A stretch of 56,246 bases of DNA, filler included, from Dirinaria sp. TL-2023a (GCA_051941275.1; 2 parts of 2 records of this genome joined end to end with filler, not necessarily neighbours in it), one strand, 5' to 3'. Positions 12,253 to 23,518 are shown, counted from the first letter of the whole stretch. The notes: a model not told the origin generated them from the sequence alone. Made by a program: numbers and translations.

Positions 12253-13469
12253 GCACCAACGTGGTCAAATGTAGACATTTTGGTAGGGTGAAAATACTCC
12301 CTGTAACCCTTGTATAACCCTGACAAGAAAGTACGGTGCCTTTAGGTGAACCAAAAGTAGGTAAATATCGCCGAGGGTGCGTTTATCTGAAACACCTCAG
12401 CCACCGCCAGATCTTCACCGCAGACCACCATCACGCGTTTGTATTCGGCGGCTCCTGCATCATGCATGGATTCAGCCTTGATTTGGTTGCTTTCATGCAA
12501 AGGAATGACGCGAATCAGCAGCTGCAGACCAGCATTGACAAGGGCGATCTCAGCCGCGGTGGGTGCTTCGAGAGATAAATCCTTTGAAATTGAAGGACTA
12601 TGGCACATTTGGAAAGCCTAGGGTGCAGATGTCTCATGTTCCTCTTGCAGCTTTGCGTTACAGAAGAGTCGTACAGCAGCTGAGACTCAAATTAACGATA
12701 TGAGGCCCTCCAATTGTGTCGGCTTTTCTAACCCAAGCGAGTTCTCGACTGGTTAGGGGAGCTCTTCTAGAAGTCGTCTGTCCCTTTTCCCTTGTGTCCA
12801 AAGTCTGTTTTTCTAGCTCCTGGTATCCCTAACTAAGCTTTCGTTTCAAGTCGTGATGTAAACTAGGTTGTGATTCGAGAACATGCAGTCTATCACTCAC
12901 TGTCTGTGCTTTTTCATCTCGGTTACCTCGACAACGAAACGAAAAGATTTTAAGAGTACACTGGACGCATGCTTCAATCCTATCATGCCGGAGCCTCTTG
13001 CTGCCTGATGTTGGATGAGCCTTCTTTACTTTTTGCGGCAGTCGAATCGTTTGAGCGATCTTACATTCATAGATGGTAGACTAACAACGGTACGATCCGC
13101 TGTCCGCGGCGAGGCTGTCAGCTAATGTGGCTGCGAAACCCAATTGCTTGGGAGGGCGACTTCGCCGCCTCTAAGCTTAGCTTTTGATCGTAGAGGCTGC
13201 TGTTTCAGGATACGAGCGAGGAGAGCTAAGAATGGAGTGCCTTGTGTAACAGCCACAAGCAATATAAGATCCTGAGCTTTTGATGGCACGGCGAGGGAGA
13301 TAGTTGATCATGACTGCACCACGAGAAGCACAGGAAAACAAGATACCCCACTGCTAGCATCAAAGCATAACGCAATCACGCCGTACGAACCCTCCCATCC
13401 CCCGAGCAAAATCAGTTGATCGTTCGAGCGTACAACAATCGGCACGACCTCGAACTTCCACCTCTTACG

Positions 13470-15197
13470 ATGTCGCCAACGCAGCCTAAGACGCTGCGGA
13501 GTCCGCCTACTCTGAGCCAAGTCCTCGAAAACTTGGAGCAAGAGAAGTTCTTGTGCCTCGGCCATCCTCTCCCTAATTGTCACAACTGCAAAGAGTTGCC
13601 GGACTATGATCGCGAGTGGGCTAGAGAAAGTGTACAGAAAGCGCTCGATATCATTTCTGCGGGAACCTCTGAACGCTCTCCCTCAAGTCATGATTTGACA
13701 ACCCTTTTGAGAAGTATTGCCACAAATCTCTGTTGCACGAACCATCAAGAGGCAAGCTTTGATGAGGACTTTGCCAATTACTGGATGAGTATGGACAAGT
13801 TGAAGAGTATACTGAGGTCTCATAGCTGGCATTTGCCCATGGGAGAGTGGCGCTGCTTAGGCTCTTCAACTTCAAATCCTTGCTGTGGCCTGAGAAAAAA
13901 GTGGAGCCCATCCGAACGCGATGACGTCTTTCGTACGCTGAACATGATTGCTGTTGCTGCAGACTCCGAGCCCAATGCACTAGAAGAACTTTTGAATCAC
14001 CTTGTGGAATTCTGGACATGTCGCAAACATCGCGCAAACAAACACACGATTCATGCTGACCTCCTGAAGACCTTCAATTCTTCCTCTTCGACGAGAAGGC
14101 ATAGAGAGATCACAGGCGCAGATATCTCACCAAGGAGATCCACATCAATTTCGTCGGACAGTGAAAGGCGCTCGAGAAGCAATTCAGTCCAGAGTGTCTC
14201 TAGCTCTCTGACTTCTGTAGACCAAAGCGGCGATGGCGATGATGAAGATGAGAGTATCCTGGATGAGGATGACGGACGAGATCCAGGCAGTCCATGCTCT
14301 CAAAGAGGGCGTAGCATTGCACAGCCAACCAGCCATGCGCAAGTGATCATTGAAGAGCCTCACCCTTCGTCAATCCATCCTTCGATTGAAGTTTCAGCGA
14401 CACCAAGGCGGCCGGCACCGCTTGCGAGCTCAACGAGTGCCCATCAGATCCAAATGACAGCATCAGATGCCAGCCTTAGCGTTGACGATCGTCATCAACG
14501 CTCAGCTTCCCAGGCCGCCGCTTCAGCGAACAATTCAGTTCCTAGAAGCGAGCCTATTACCTTTCTGCCCTTCCACGCCCTCAAGCAAAGCTTCGGAGCT
14601 ATAGCCCAATCAGTCTTCTCCCTGGTCCAAAAACCAATCACAGTATCCGAAAGCCCAAGCCCGAACTCAACAGACGGCTACATTTATATCTTCCAATCGC
14701 CCGACTACCCAAAATATATTAAAATCGGTCGAACCACACAAAGAATCGACGAACGCCGTAACCAGATATCTGGCTGCAAGAACCTACCCAAGCTTCAATT
14801 GAAAAGCGAACTTTGCTATGGCAAAGTCAGCAACCTCGCTAGGTTAGAAAACCTTATACACACAGATCTCGCCAATGAGCGCCGCTGCTTCAATTGCCCG
14901 TGCAAAAAGCCGAGGGGAAATCAACGATATGACTTGCGGCCTACTGATGCCAGGGATCACGAAAACAAAACCCGACATCGGGAATGGTTTGAGATGAGTG
15001 TGGACGAAGCGTGCCAGAGAATAGAACAATGGCGCAATTGGATGCGGCAGAATCCGTACGGCACTGACGGAAAGTTGAAAGAACATTTCCGACGGCGGAT
15101 CAGCTACTGCGAGCGGAGAGCCTCTGAGATGGACCGAGAAAATACCAATGACCAGCGGTGGAAAACATTCATGACTCCCTTTTACATGGATGACTGA
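13470..15197 (+). CDS. T5orf172/MUG113 (GIY-YIG-like nuclease) domain protein
   Basis: Intronless ORF with first ATG at 13470. The C-terminal domain reads GYIYIF..KYIKIGRT..IDERRNQ..C..RLENLIHTDL..CxC..HREWFE..IEQW. It has a Ser/acidic linker and a Cys/His-rich N-terminus. Confidence 0.85.
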   Translation: MSPTQPKTLRSPPTLSQVLENLEQEKFLCLGHPLPNCHNCKELPDYDREWARESVQKALDIISAGTSERSPSSHDLTTLLRSIATNLCCTNHQEASFDEDFANYWMSMDKLKSILRSHSWHLPMGEWRCLGSSTSNPCCGLRKKWSPSERDDVFRTLNMIAVAADSEPNALEELLNHLVEFWTCRKHRANKHTIHADLLKTFNSSSSTRRHREITGADISPRRSTSISSDSERRSRSNSVQSVSSSLTSVDQSGDGDDEDESILDEDDGRDPGSPCSQRGRSIAQPTSHAQVIIEEPHPSSIHPSIEVSATPRRPAPLASSTSAHQIQMTASDASLSVDDRHQRSASQAAASANNSVPRSEPITFLPFHALKQSFGAIAQSVFSLVQKPITVSESPSPNSTDGYIYIFQSPDYPKYIKIGRTTQRIDERRNQISGCKNLPKLQLKSELCYGKVSNLARLENLIHTDLANERRCFNCPCKKPRGNQRYDLRPTDARDHENKTRHREWFEMSVDEACQRIEQWRNWMRQNPYGTDGKLKEHFRRRISYCERRASEMDRENTNDQRWKTFMTPFYMDD

Positions 15198-15663
15198 GCT
15201 TGAGGTTTGGCATGTGCTTTGGCCTTCGCACTGCATAGTACAGACTCATCGGATTGGAATGCTTCCTTGTGGGTGACAGAGCTGGCGCATTCACGGTAAA
15301 TTTCTGTTTTGGGGAAGAGATTTCTCCCTGGCGCAAAAGACATGACGTCCGAGATGGTGATTATGGAATTGGGTAGAAGCTTTCTTTGATGTTATGAGCC
15401 ATGGAGCTTAGGAGGTAATCACAGTGGGCAAGATGGACTCCCCTTTGAGGATTATAGAGATGGCGCTTTCATTTTATACTTTGTCGTTTTCTTATGTTGC
15501 CAGTCCGTCTATTTTGATTCAATTGTCTTCCTTCTTTTGAGTTGATGGTCTATAGCAAAAAATATCTCTGGTGTTACATGAAGGATATTTACCTAGCTAA
15601 ACTTATCTAGACTTGGCTGACGTTATCAGCAGCACTGGACTCAGATTCAAAGTTGCATTTTTT

Positions 15664-16492
15664 TCAAAATTTTGTCTTCTTTAACCCAAGCTGGAGACTC
15701 AGAGCAGTTTCACCAGTTTTCTTGTCGAGTAAAACGAATGACTCAATGTCCCCGTGAGTGATTCCTAGTAGCGCTCTAGGGCGAGAACCGGTTACCGCGA
15801 CCAGCAAGAGGAAAATGACAGCCTGCACTCGCCGACTTTCATGTGAGCAAGAGTTGATGTTCGTCACGCAGTGACATCGAAGAATCTCTAAGAAGTCTTC
15901 AGCGTCCAATAAGTGTTTTTCTGTCTCGTTGTGATCCAAGACATGCTCTTTTGCTAAGAGTCCGACGATGAGTCGATTCATTTTAGCAGCATTCGATATT
16001 CTTGCGCTGAAAGCAGTCTACCTCATATACCTTATTCAACATCAGAGGCTGATTCTTCTTTCCTTGTACTTGATGTAAACTTGGCTAAACTGATGCCAAT
16101 ATGTGGTTACAGAAGTGACTTTTCGCACAGTAAACTCGTTGCACAGTCAGTGAAAGAAGTTGTTGATCCTACTGGCAGAAGACATCTTCAAAGTATGGTG
16201 CGAGTCAATTATTACAATAGTGCAGTACCTGAAAAAGTGTTGCCGTGAGTAGAACGACTCAAAGAACGCAAAGAGAAGAGCTCTCAACGTACTCCCTCCA
16301 TAGATCTTCCATCCCATTCATCTGTGATTCAGTGAGGTCCTCATACAAGCCTGTAGCCCAACGCTTCTTATGCACTGACTCGTATGACCGGTTGTAGTAT
16401 TCGCGTGCAGATCCATGTTTCTTCGCGATCGAGGAACGAGCTGTAGCGAAGGCCGCTAGAGGTACACAACGGGGGATTTTGCGACGAATCAT
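15664..16492 (-). pseudogene. Decayed, 3'-truncated DUF3435 tyrosine recombinase (Starship 'captain')
   Basis: Fragments read RINNFFH*LCNEFTVRKVTSVTTYWHQFSQVYIKYK and ESRRVQAVIFLLLVAVTGSRPRALLGITHGDIESFVLLD, typical of the DUF3435 N-terminal half with the first catalytic Arg. There is an in-frame TGA at 16147-16149 and a frameshift near 16045. No HxxR..Y C-terminal half is visible. Confidence 0.8.
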
Positions 16493-16494
16493 TT

Positions 16495-16762
16495 TGTCAG
16501 ATTTAGGAGGTGTTTATGAGGTGAATTGAATCCATGTATGTGTATTTGTATGTGTGTGTTTCAATTATCTAACATCGAAAAGAAAAAGAGCATTTTGTGG
16601 AATTATTACATATTCAATATTACTATTACTCGAGAACTGTCTATTATCACTCGAGAATTCTCGTCTCAGTCATTCTAATCGCTTTCGTCAAACTATACTT
16701 GACATTTTCTTAGTGGTGGTGAGTTTTCGATCTATTCGATTTTCGATTTGTTCGGTTTTACA
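16495..16762 (-). mobile_element. Ty1/copia solo LTR (RIP-mutated) inserted immediately upstream of the captain ATG
   Basis: On the minus strand it reads TGTAAAACCG...CTAAATCTGACA, the same termini as the LTR at 54076-54406. It is also homologous to 19063-19270. The TSD is imperfect (attt[t]/attct). Confidence 0.8.
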
Positions 16763-17200
16763 ATTCTATATCGCATAATCATAGCGATTAATTCACGTAT
16801 TAAAATCATCTATGATCTTAAAAGAAAAGCGTCTGATATTTGATTTTGACGACTAATTCTAGCTCCGCATTTAACATACGACGATTTCTTAAATTAAAAA
16901 CAAAAAAAAGCAATCATTCGACGCGAGATTTTGAAATTGAACTTTTTTTTATCTTTGAAGATATGAAACGCATCAATCAAAAGAGAGATTGAAATGTTGA
17001 AAAAAAAAAAAGATTTTGAAAATTATCGACAATAATTTCGACATTGAAGTAAATCGAGTACGTATATTAATACTAATGTTCGAGTTACATTGCTCGACTG
17101 TGTACTTGAGGTCTCTTCAATTCTATCTTTACTCATTCTCAGATCATATTTGTCATCGTTCAGAAGGGAGTGTCTATAAAACTACAGCGATCTGGGGGTA
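16763..17200. repeat. AT-rich RIP-like tract upstream of the captain, including copy 2 of the 12167 repeat (16763-16842); possible Starship left arm
   Basis: The tract is AT-rich and carries transition-mutated homology to 12167-12252. The AT-rich character fades near a GTAA (TTAC on the minus strand) at 17198-17201. Confidence 0.5.
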
Positions 17201-17573
17201 ACAGTAGCCAGGTGGAGCTACCTCTCGAGACTGAAGTCCTGAATGACCCCAGTGTTATTGCCATCACTGCAGATCAGATGAATGGCAATTGCTATATTTA
17301 GACGCCGTCTCGATCGTTGACGAACGGCGATTGCAAGCTTTTGACTTCCTCAAGGCAACAGAGTCAGTTGCAGTCAACAATTTAGTATTACTGGAGGATC
17401 TGACGCCTCCGGCCGTACAGCTGTCCCGAGACCTACAACAACCATATCTTCTGCCAACGAGGCTCCATTCCGCCTTGATAGACCCTTCCCGCCAAGATTG
17501 GAACGGAGTCTATCAACCAAAGCCTTAGTAAATGCAACCGCCAACATCATGCATCTTATTAGCGAGATGCCGC

Positions 17574-18286
17574 TCAGGACGACTTGTAAGCCGTGAAGAC
17601 AAAATTATCAAACCCCAAAGCCGTCGTCGCTGGTAGCGTGGTAGCCTCCAAGATGGTAAGCGTGATATCGCTCAGCCCCGAAAAAGTCTCGACGGGAAAT
17701 GAGACTGGTAGATATCTTGCCGGCAGCGTTGTGCCTAGATTATAGTCGATTTCCTGGACACTGGTGACCCCTGTCTTCGCGTTGACGCCGGAAACCTGAA
17801 TGCGACAGGCGGACGGCGCCGGCACAGGCGAGTTGGTCTGTATCACGCACGAGATGAAGAAGGATTTCAGATCGAAGGAATATGTGTCGGAGTTATTGTA
17901 AGTGGCGGAGATCCGAGCTCCTCCACCAGTCGTCAGCTGAGCCGTGAGGTCGGCTGCAAGGACGTTGGGCACAGAAGGGGTGACGAGCACGGGCTGCGAC
18001 TGAGGGCCCGGTGTAATCACGTTGAAGCCGGTGTACCCGAGGCCTTTGTAGACTGAGATGGGCTCCAGACCTAAGCTTTGTGGAAGGTCGTCGTACTATT
18101 TGGACAAGGTAAGCGTGATTAAGTGGTTGTGTAGTCGACTTGATGGAAGTGTCTGTTCGCAATGGCAAAATACAGAAGGGTTGTACGAACATTAGCCACG
18201 ACGTTAGATGGTGTCGGTTTCTTGGGAGATGTCGGAACCCCAAGCACTGGGAGCGCGAGGGCAGCAGCCAGTAGAACCACCCGCAT
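17574..18286 (-). CDS. Secreted protein of unknown function, about 205 aa
   Basis: Signal peptide MRVVLLAAALALPVLG. Exon 1 is 18286-18191, the intron is 18190-18096 (GT..AG), and exon 2 is 18095-17574, continuing in frame as YDDLPQ..YKGLGYTGF..FDLKSFFISC..C..FDN. Confidence 0.8.
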
Positions 18287-19062
18287 GATGGACAATCTCT
18301 GCTTCGATTGCACAGTGGTCAGCGGAAAAGCAGCTCGTAAGGAGTGAAAGAGACAGATTAAAGGCTTACGAGGACCAAAGATGTTGCAGAAAGAATCTTT
18401 ACTCAGTGCGCGACCGCGACGAGTGTATACACTTGGAGTCCAGAAAAATTTGACTATCACGAGACAGAATCATCTCTCTTTTATACAGCCACAGCTTTGC
18501 CACCACTCCCTTCCACTGTCGTCTTTCTGATCAAATGATTGCTGAGAGGGCCTATCAAAGCCATCTCGGAGGATCACCGCAGACCAGTCAAGGTGGATTT
18601 TTATTTTGCCACATTGACCACTATAGAATGTCAGACTGAGCATACCCAATTAAAGGCAAACCCGAGCTAATCCGCCAAAAAAAAAAACATGTCTGTTGGA
18701 TATACAGACGTCAAAAAATAAAATGCCACAATTTGAGAGTTGCAAGATCGGTCCAGATCTTGTTTGATCCAAATTCCTTGTTCTTCAGTATCTGCTTAAG
18801 CAGAGAGACGCGGACCGAAGACAGTCTTATCGGTCTTGGATAGCAGATCAGAGATGTCGCGCAGAGATTATAAGAAACGCTGACGGTCATGCCAGAAGGA
18901 TTCAAGATCGCGGGATGGCAACATCAATCTCCGCGCCCAGTCCGCGATCAAAGAAGATCAAACGTCTTTTCAGTTCTTTCAACCTCTTATGGCCCTAGCC
19001 AGTTCGGATCGGAGCTAGGTGCTTGACCTTAACCAGAATTTCCATCGAGAACCATGGTCTTC

Positions 19063-19270
19063 TGTCGGATTTAGGGGGTGAATTGAACCTATGTATGTGT
19101 ATTCGTATGTGTGTCATCAATTGCCTAACATCTAGAAGAAAGAACATTTGTGGGTACTAAATATCCAAAATCAATACTACCCGGAGACAACTATCTCAAA
19201 GAGTCTAACCGCTTTCGTCAAACTATACTTGGCATTTTCTTAGCGGTGGTGGCGTTATTACAGTCTTACA
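19063..19270 (-). mobile_element. Ty1/copia solo LTR with a perfect 5-bp TSD
   Basis: TG...CA ends, with TCTTC on both sides (19058-19062 and 19271-19275). It shares gctttcgtcaaactatactt..cattttcttag with the 16495 LTR. Confidence 0.88.
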
Positions 19271-19518
19271 TCTTCCCCTCCCAACCCTTGCGTATACTCA
19301 GACATCTTATGATCAGTCATGAAGCGGGTGGCTCGACACGGAGCACTTACAATGTAGGGCGACCCATGTATTCGTACGCAATAACAGTGACTTGTCGATA
19401 TTATATGTGAGCAATTCTCCGTAAACTTTTAATTTACGAAAACAGAGTACTCTACACCACCCTCACGTGAATGCAAACCGAGCTCTGTAAGTTATAACGA
19501 TACTAGAAGAATTCTTTC

Positions 19519-20160
19519 TCATGTCCTTCGAAGCTGGTACGCTGTTGTTCTTATACGATCTTGTTCTCCATCTTTGTGATATGCACTGAAGACTTCGGAG
19601 AGGACCATCGCATCGTAATGTTTCAAGTTGAATGGTGTCTTCGTGAGGTCCACACCCGAGTTGAAATCCAACCTTGCGAACTCTCCGGTTTCAATATCGT
19701 GGTTTGGTACGAAAGGATCGTGAGTCTGAACCACTTGTATTTGTATAGCTTGGGCAAGAAGCGCGAGATCTGGTCGTTTCTGAGATGCTGCAGGACCTGA
19801 CGTACGAAAACAACATCTCCAGCCGGCAGCACCTCGGTGACTAGATCCAAGATCCGGAAGTCGACATCTTGACTCGCATAGATAAGGCGATTGTAATTAA
19901 TGACGTTGGGAACAATATCGCAAGCAATATAGCGGTCCGTCGCATTCCGAATCTGCTTCCCAACGTTGAAATCCCCACATCCGAGATCGACCGCATATGT
20001 AGGCGTCACCAAATTGTCCGCAATGAGTATTCACACAGCTGATATGTATGGGTCCACAGCCTGTGCATTATGCGAACCCGGACCCGAGAAGGGCGCATTA
20101 GTAAGGCTTTTGCCCCACAAATGGCGCTCGTAGATGTCGGAAAAGATCCTCGACGTGGTG
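19519..20160 (-). pseudogene. Class I SAM-dependent methyltransferase pseudogene, intronless and bacterial-like
   Basis: Motifs IFSDIYERHLWG..FSGPGSH, VDLGCGDFNVG, DVVFVRQVLQHL and PFNL are present. There is an in-frame TGA at 20031-20033, a frameshift near 19725 (KWFRLT / HDPFVPNHDI), and no in-frame start. Confidence 0.75.
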
Positions 20161-21196
20161 CTTTACCATTGTCAATAACTTATATGGACTCGAAAATGCT
20201 AGGATATGGGGACAAGCATACATAGCGTCTGGATCCTCGAACGGTGGAGTAGGAATGCTAGACAAATTTTAGTATGAAATGTTAAGATGTTAAATTGTTA
20301 TTCCACCTTTGGCTGCTGCATCGAGCAAAATGGAGCCTGCTCAGCGTCAGAATGATTTCAAAAGTCAAGGCGTGACGTAGATAAATCCGGATGAACATCA
20401 TAGTAATCTGAAAGCTGGAATGCTAATAGGTGCGGACTCTCATGTTAGTAACAGGAAATAATCCTATCTTTATGGACTTTTTTGGTCAGTCCCTTGCAGA
20501 TACCTTGATGCAGGATTCCAAACATTGCAGTCTTCACGATCGCCTTCGTGTGGTTGGATGCATGCAGTCACGCTCGCATCCTGCATATAGGAGCATCATT
20601 ACCTTACCCCTCTCAACAGCTTCTTGCATCGGAGATAAGAGTCACATGTGGCTTGGCCATTATGTAGTACAATTTGAATAGAGGCATGCCTAGGTAGAGC
20701 GGCGCAACAGCTCGTCACCGTGTAGCACGACTTGCGTCATGAACTCATGAATGGATAGCGATATCAGACAAAGCGAAAATTTGGTGGGCTCTTCGTAAGA
20801 TGCTAGAGTCGCAGCTGTGCAACGAGGCAATGCCAGGGATAATGAAAACCAATGGAGGATTCGATGATCAGCCCCGCTTTGAAAGATTAAACCTAGTTAT
20901 ATGGGAACACTGACATAGTCATGACACTAGATATTGTCGAATGTGAACGAATCGACGATGGATCTCTTGAACCTATGTTGTCGGTCGCAAATCAGCATCA
21001 ACCTGGATATTTTTAGCTCGGCTGGCAGCTTCGAGGCATACCGTAGAAAGCCTGTTCAGGTTTCATGCAGATACTTGAAAGTTCATTTTGGGACGAAGTA
21101 AATAAATGACTCGTGCAATAGGAACGAGCGTGTGTTGACATTGATAACAACTGAAGAACTTCAATGCTGTGAACGTATCGTGGGGCCTTGCAAAGT

Positions 21197-22289
21197 TCAA
21201 CTCCAGACCCTGCAGTGAAGCCACCTTGATAGGAAAATGGGCGTTCACAACATCCCCGCTGCCCTTAGAGTCTATCCCCGTTGTAGAATGGCTTTGTTCA
21301 CCTTTGATCAAGTTTGGCTCCTTCCTCATAAAACCTCAGATCGCTAGCCAACCTGATCCTGCCAAGCTTGTTACTATTTTGACCGCTCGCGTGTATCATC
21401 CACGGGCTGTGGAAAACAACATCTCCGGCCTCGTAGTTGGCGACCAACCACCTCTTCCCTAGTCCGCCCCCTTTCGCCCAAGTCTCTGCATTGTGGCTCA
21501 AGTGGCCCAGCTCGCCCATGTAACGGTTGAACGCGCTGACCCTCTCTTCTTTCGGCATGTCCTCCTTCTCCTGCTGGACTTCGAAGCGCTTTTCGATCCT
21601 CTCTCCAAGTTCGCACGAGTTTTCCAAATACATCAGCCCTCCGCCGTCTGCCGTGCAGTCTCCGATTGGCACCCACGCTGTCACAAACACGGGATCGCCC
21701 GCTCTCAGAAAGAACTGATCATAATGAATTCCGCTGGGGCATTTGCCTCCGGCACGTTGTGTCGAAGAAGGCCGCGCTTGAGCACGGCTTCCCGTTGCCA
21801 ACCAGTCAGCCGGCGCACCCAGTCGCACAAATCAGGGTGACGGAGAAAATCTTGATATTCTTTACTGGCGTGGATTTCGTCGAGGTTCTGCATGGCACTA
21901 TCTTGCGGAGTTGCTCCTAGACCCTGATGCGCGGTAGGGCCGAGGCGTGAATTGAAGATGCCTTCTCGTGGGCCCGTGTCCGGGGATAGAAGACCTGTCG
22001 GCGAGAGTGTCTGGAAGTATTGCTCGCGCAGATCAAAGACGTCTGAGCGAGGTATTACGTTCTTGATCCATACATAGCCATCACGAGAGTAGCGCGCGCG
22101 AATATCGGAAAGCGGGGTATCTTTGGACGTAGGAGTGAGCCAGTCGACCATCTCAGGGTCGATATGAGAGCCATGATTGGTTCGTTGGAGTGGTGCAGGC
22201 TGGTGTTGCTGGGCGGAGGAAGCGTAGGACAAGGAAGAGTTCAGTAGTGAGTGAGCAGTTTGAGAGGGTGGAAGCACTTGAGCGGCCAT
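21197..22289 (-). pseudogene. Phytanoyl-CoA dioxygenase (PhyH, 2OG-Fe(II)) family gene with a 1-bp frameshift (pseudogene or assembly error)
   Basis: Motifs RDGYVWIKNVIPR, GIHYDQFFLR (HxD), TAWVPIGD, GGLMYLE, GDVVFHSPWMIHAS and RLASDLRF are present. The frame changes at GTG CC GGA GGC near 21749-21752. The 3' end after the intron is uncertain. Confidence 0.8.
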
Positions 22290-22452
22290 GATTTTTATGC
22301 GGATGGGATCAATCTCTAGAATTCAAAGCTCGCAATGAAGCTACTCTAACGTTGCTTAAAGTAAGGTAACTTTACCTACATGTAGTCTTCTGCTACACCG
22401 CACAGGAGTTTGACGTAGTCCGGTAACCTCTGCACCCTTGCATCAGTGAGTG

Positions 22453-22543
22453 TTATCGAGCATCGAAATGAATAGACAGCATCGACAGATGTGAGAGGAG
22501 TGTGTTATCGGACTGCAGCATTATCTCAATACGCGCTCTTATC
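22453..22543 (-). promoter_or_regulatory. Cluster of four HGATAR sites (AreA/NIT2-like) in the PhyH-amidase divergent intergenic region
   Basis: TTATC occurs at 22453, 22505, 22521 and 22539, all in the same orientation within 91 bp. Confidence 0.45.
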
Positions 22544-23518
22544 GGTAACTAGGGGTGCCCTGGCAATTGCTATGATTGGCAGCTGGAACAAGGCAAGTGC
22601 GCGGCAAGTGCGCGGCCGCGGAAGGCGCTTCCTACGAGACTACTTAGGTTGTTTTCGACCCTTGTTCTTTCTCATTCGAGAAAGAGATGATCCTTGACGG
22701 AGCCCACAGTATCCGCCAGTATCCGCCGCAAGGTCATGATCACTGAGAGAAATTCGAGTATTCCATTCAGCTTAGCTTTGAAGTTGTTTTATTTTATGCG
22801 CTATGCCTAACGTGTCACTAGATAGATGAGGTAGTCGGACCGAACCCTGGCTGAGCCCTGATGCCGATGATTTCCAACACATTTTCAGAACGAAAGCGCA
22901 GTCACTCATCACCTCGGATCACTCAGTGTCTCAAGATGCACATCTTCTAATCGAAAGCGGCTGTAGTGTATGATCAGTCGCTTACCTAAGTAATGACTGT
23001 TCCGTTGCCGAAGTAGTTTGGCCTTCGTCATTTGTACGAAACTCAACAAAGAAGCGTAAGTTTTTACCTTATAACAAAGGAATTCCAACAAGACAGAGTC
23101 AATAATGATGCGCAGCTCTAACACGCGCAGTAGAGTACGCGATCGAGTGAATTGGTTCGTGGCCTAATACGCCCGAATATGTGTTTTCCTGTTTATTTCT
23201 TATGATCCCATATCATTTACGCGGAAGAACTGCATACAACGCAAGCTATGTCTGGTACTGGACGATTTATTTGACGATAGTCTTCGCTCCAAAGCCGCTT
23301 GCGCAGATATCTTCCGTAGGATGCTGAAGCTTTTGATGTCACGTCGCTTGGACATCTAGAATTTTTTGACCTCAGTCATCATATGGCATTTGCTGCTACT
23401 GCTAGACTCTACGATGTGTTCTTGAAACACTAGAGCAACATACTTACAGATTTTTTGTTGCGCGAAAAGACCCAGCCTAAGGCTCAATGCATAAGCAATA
23501 ATCCCAAGGACTCCACAA

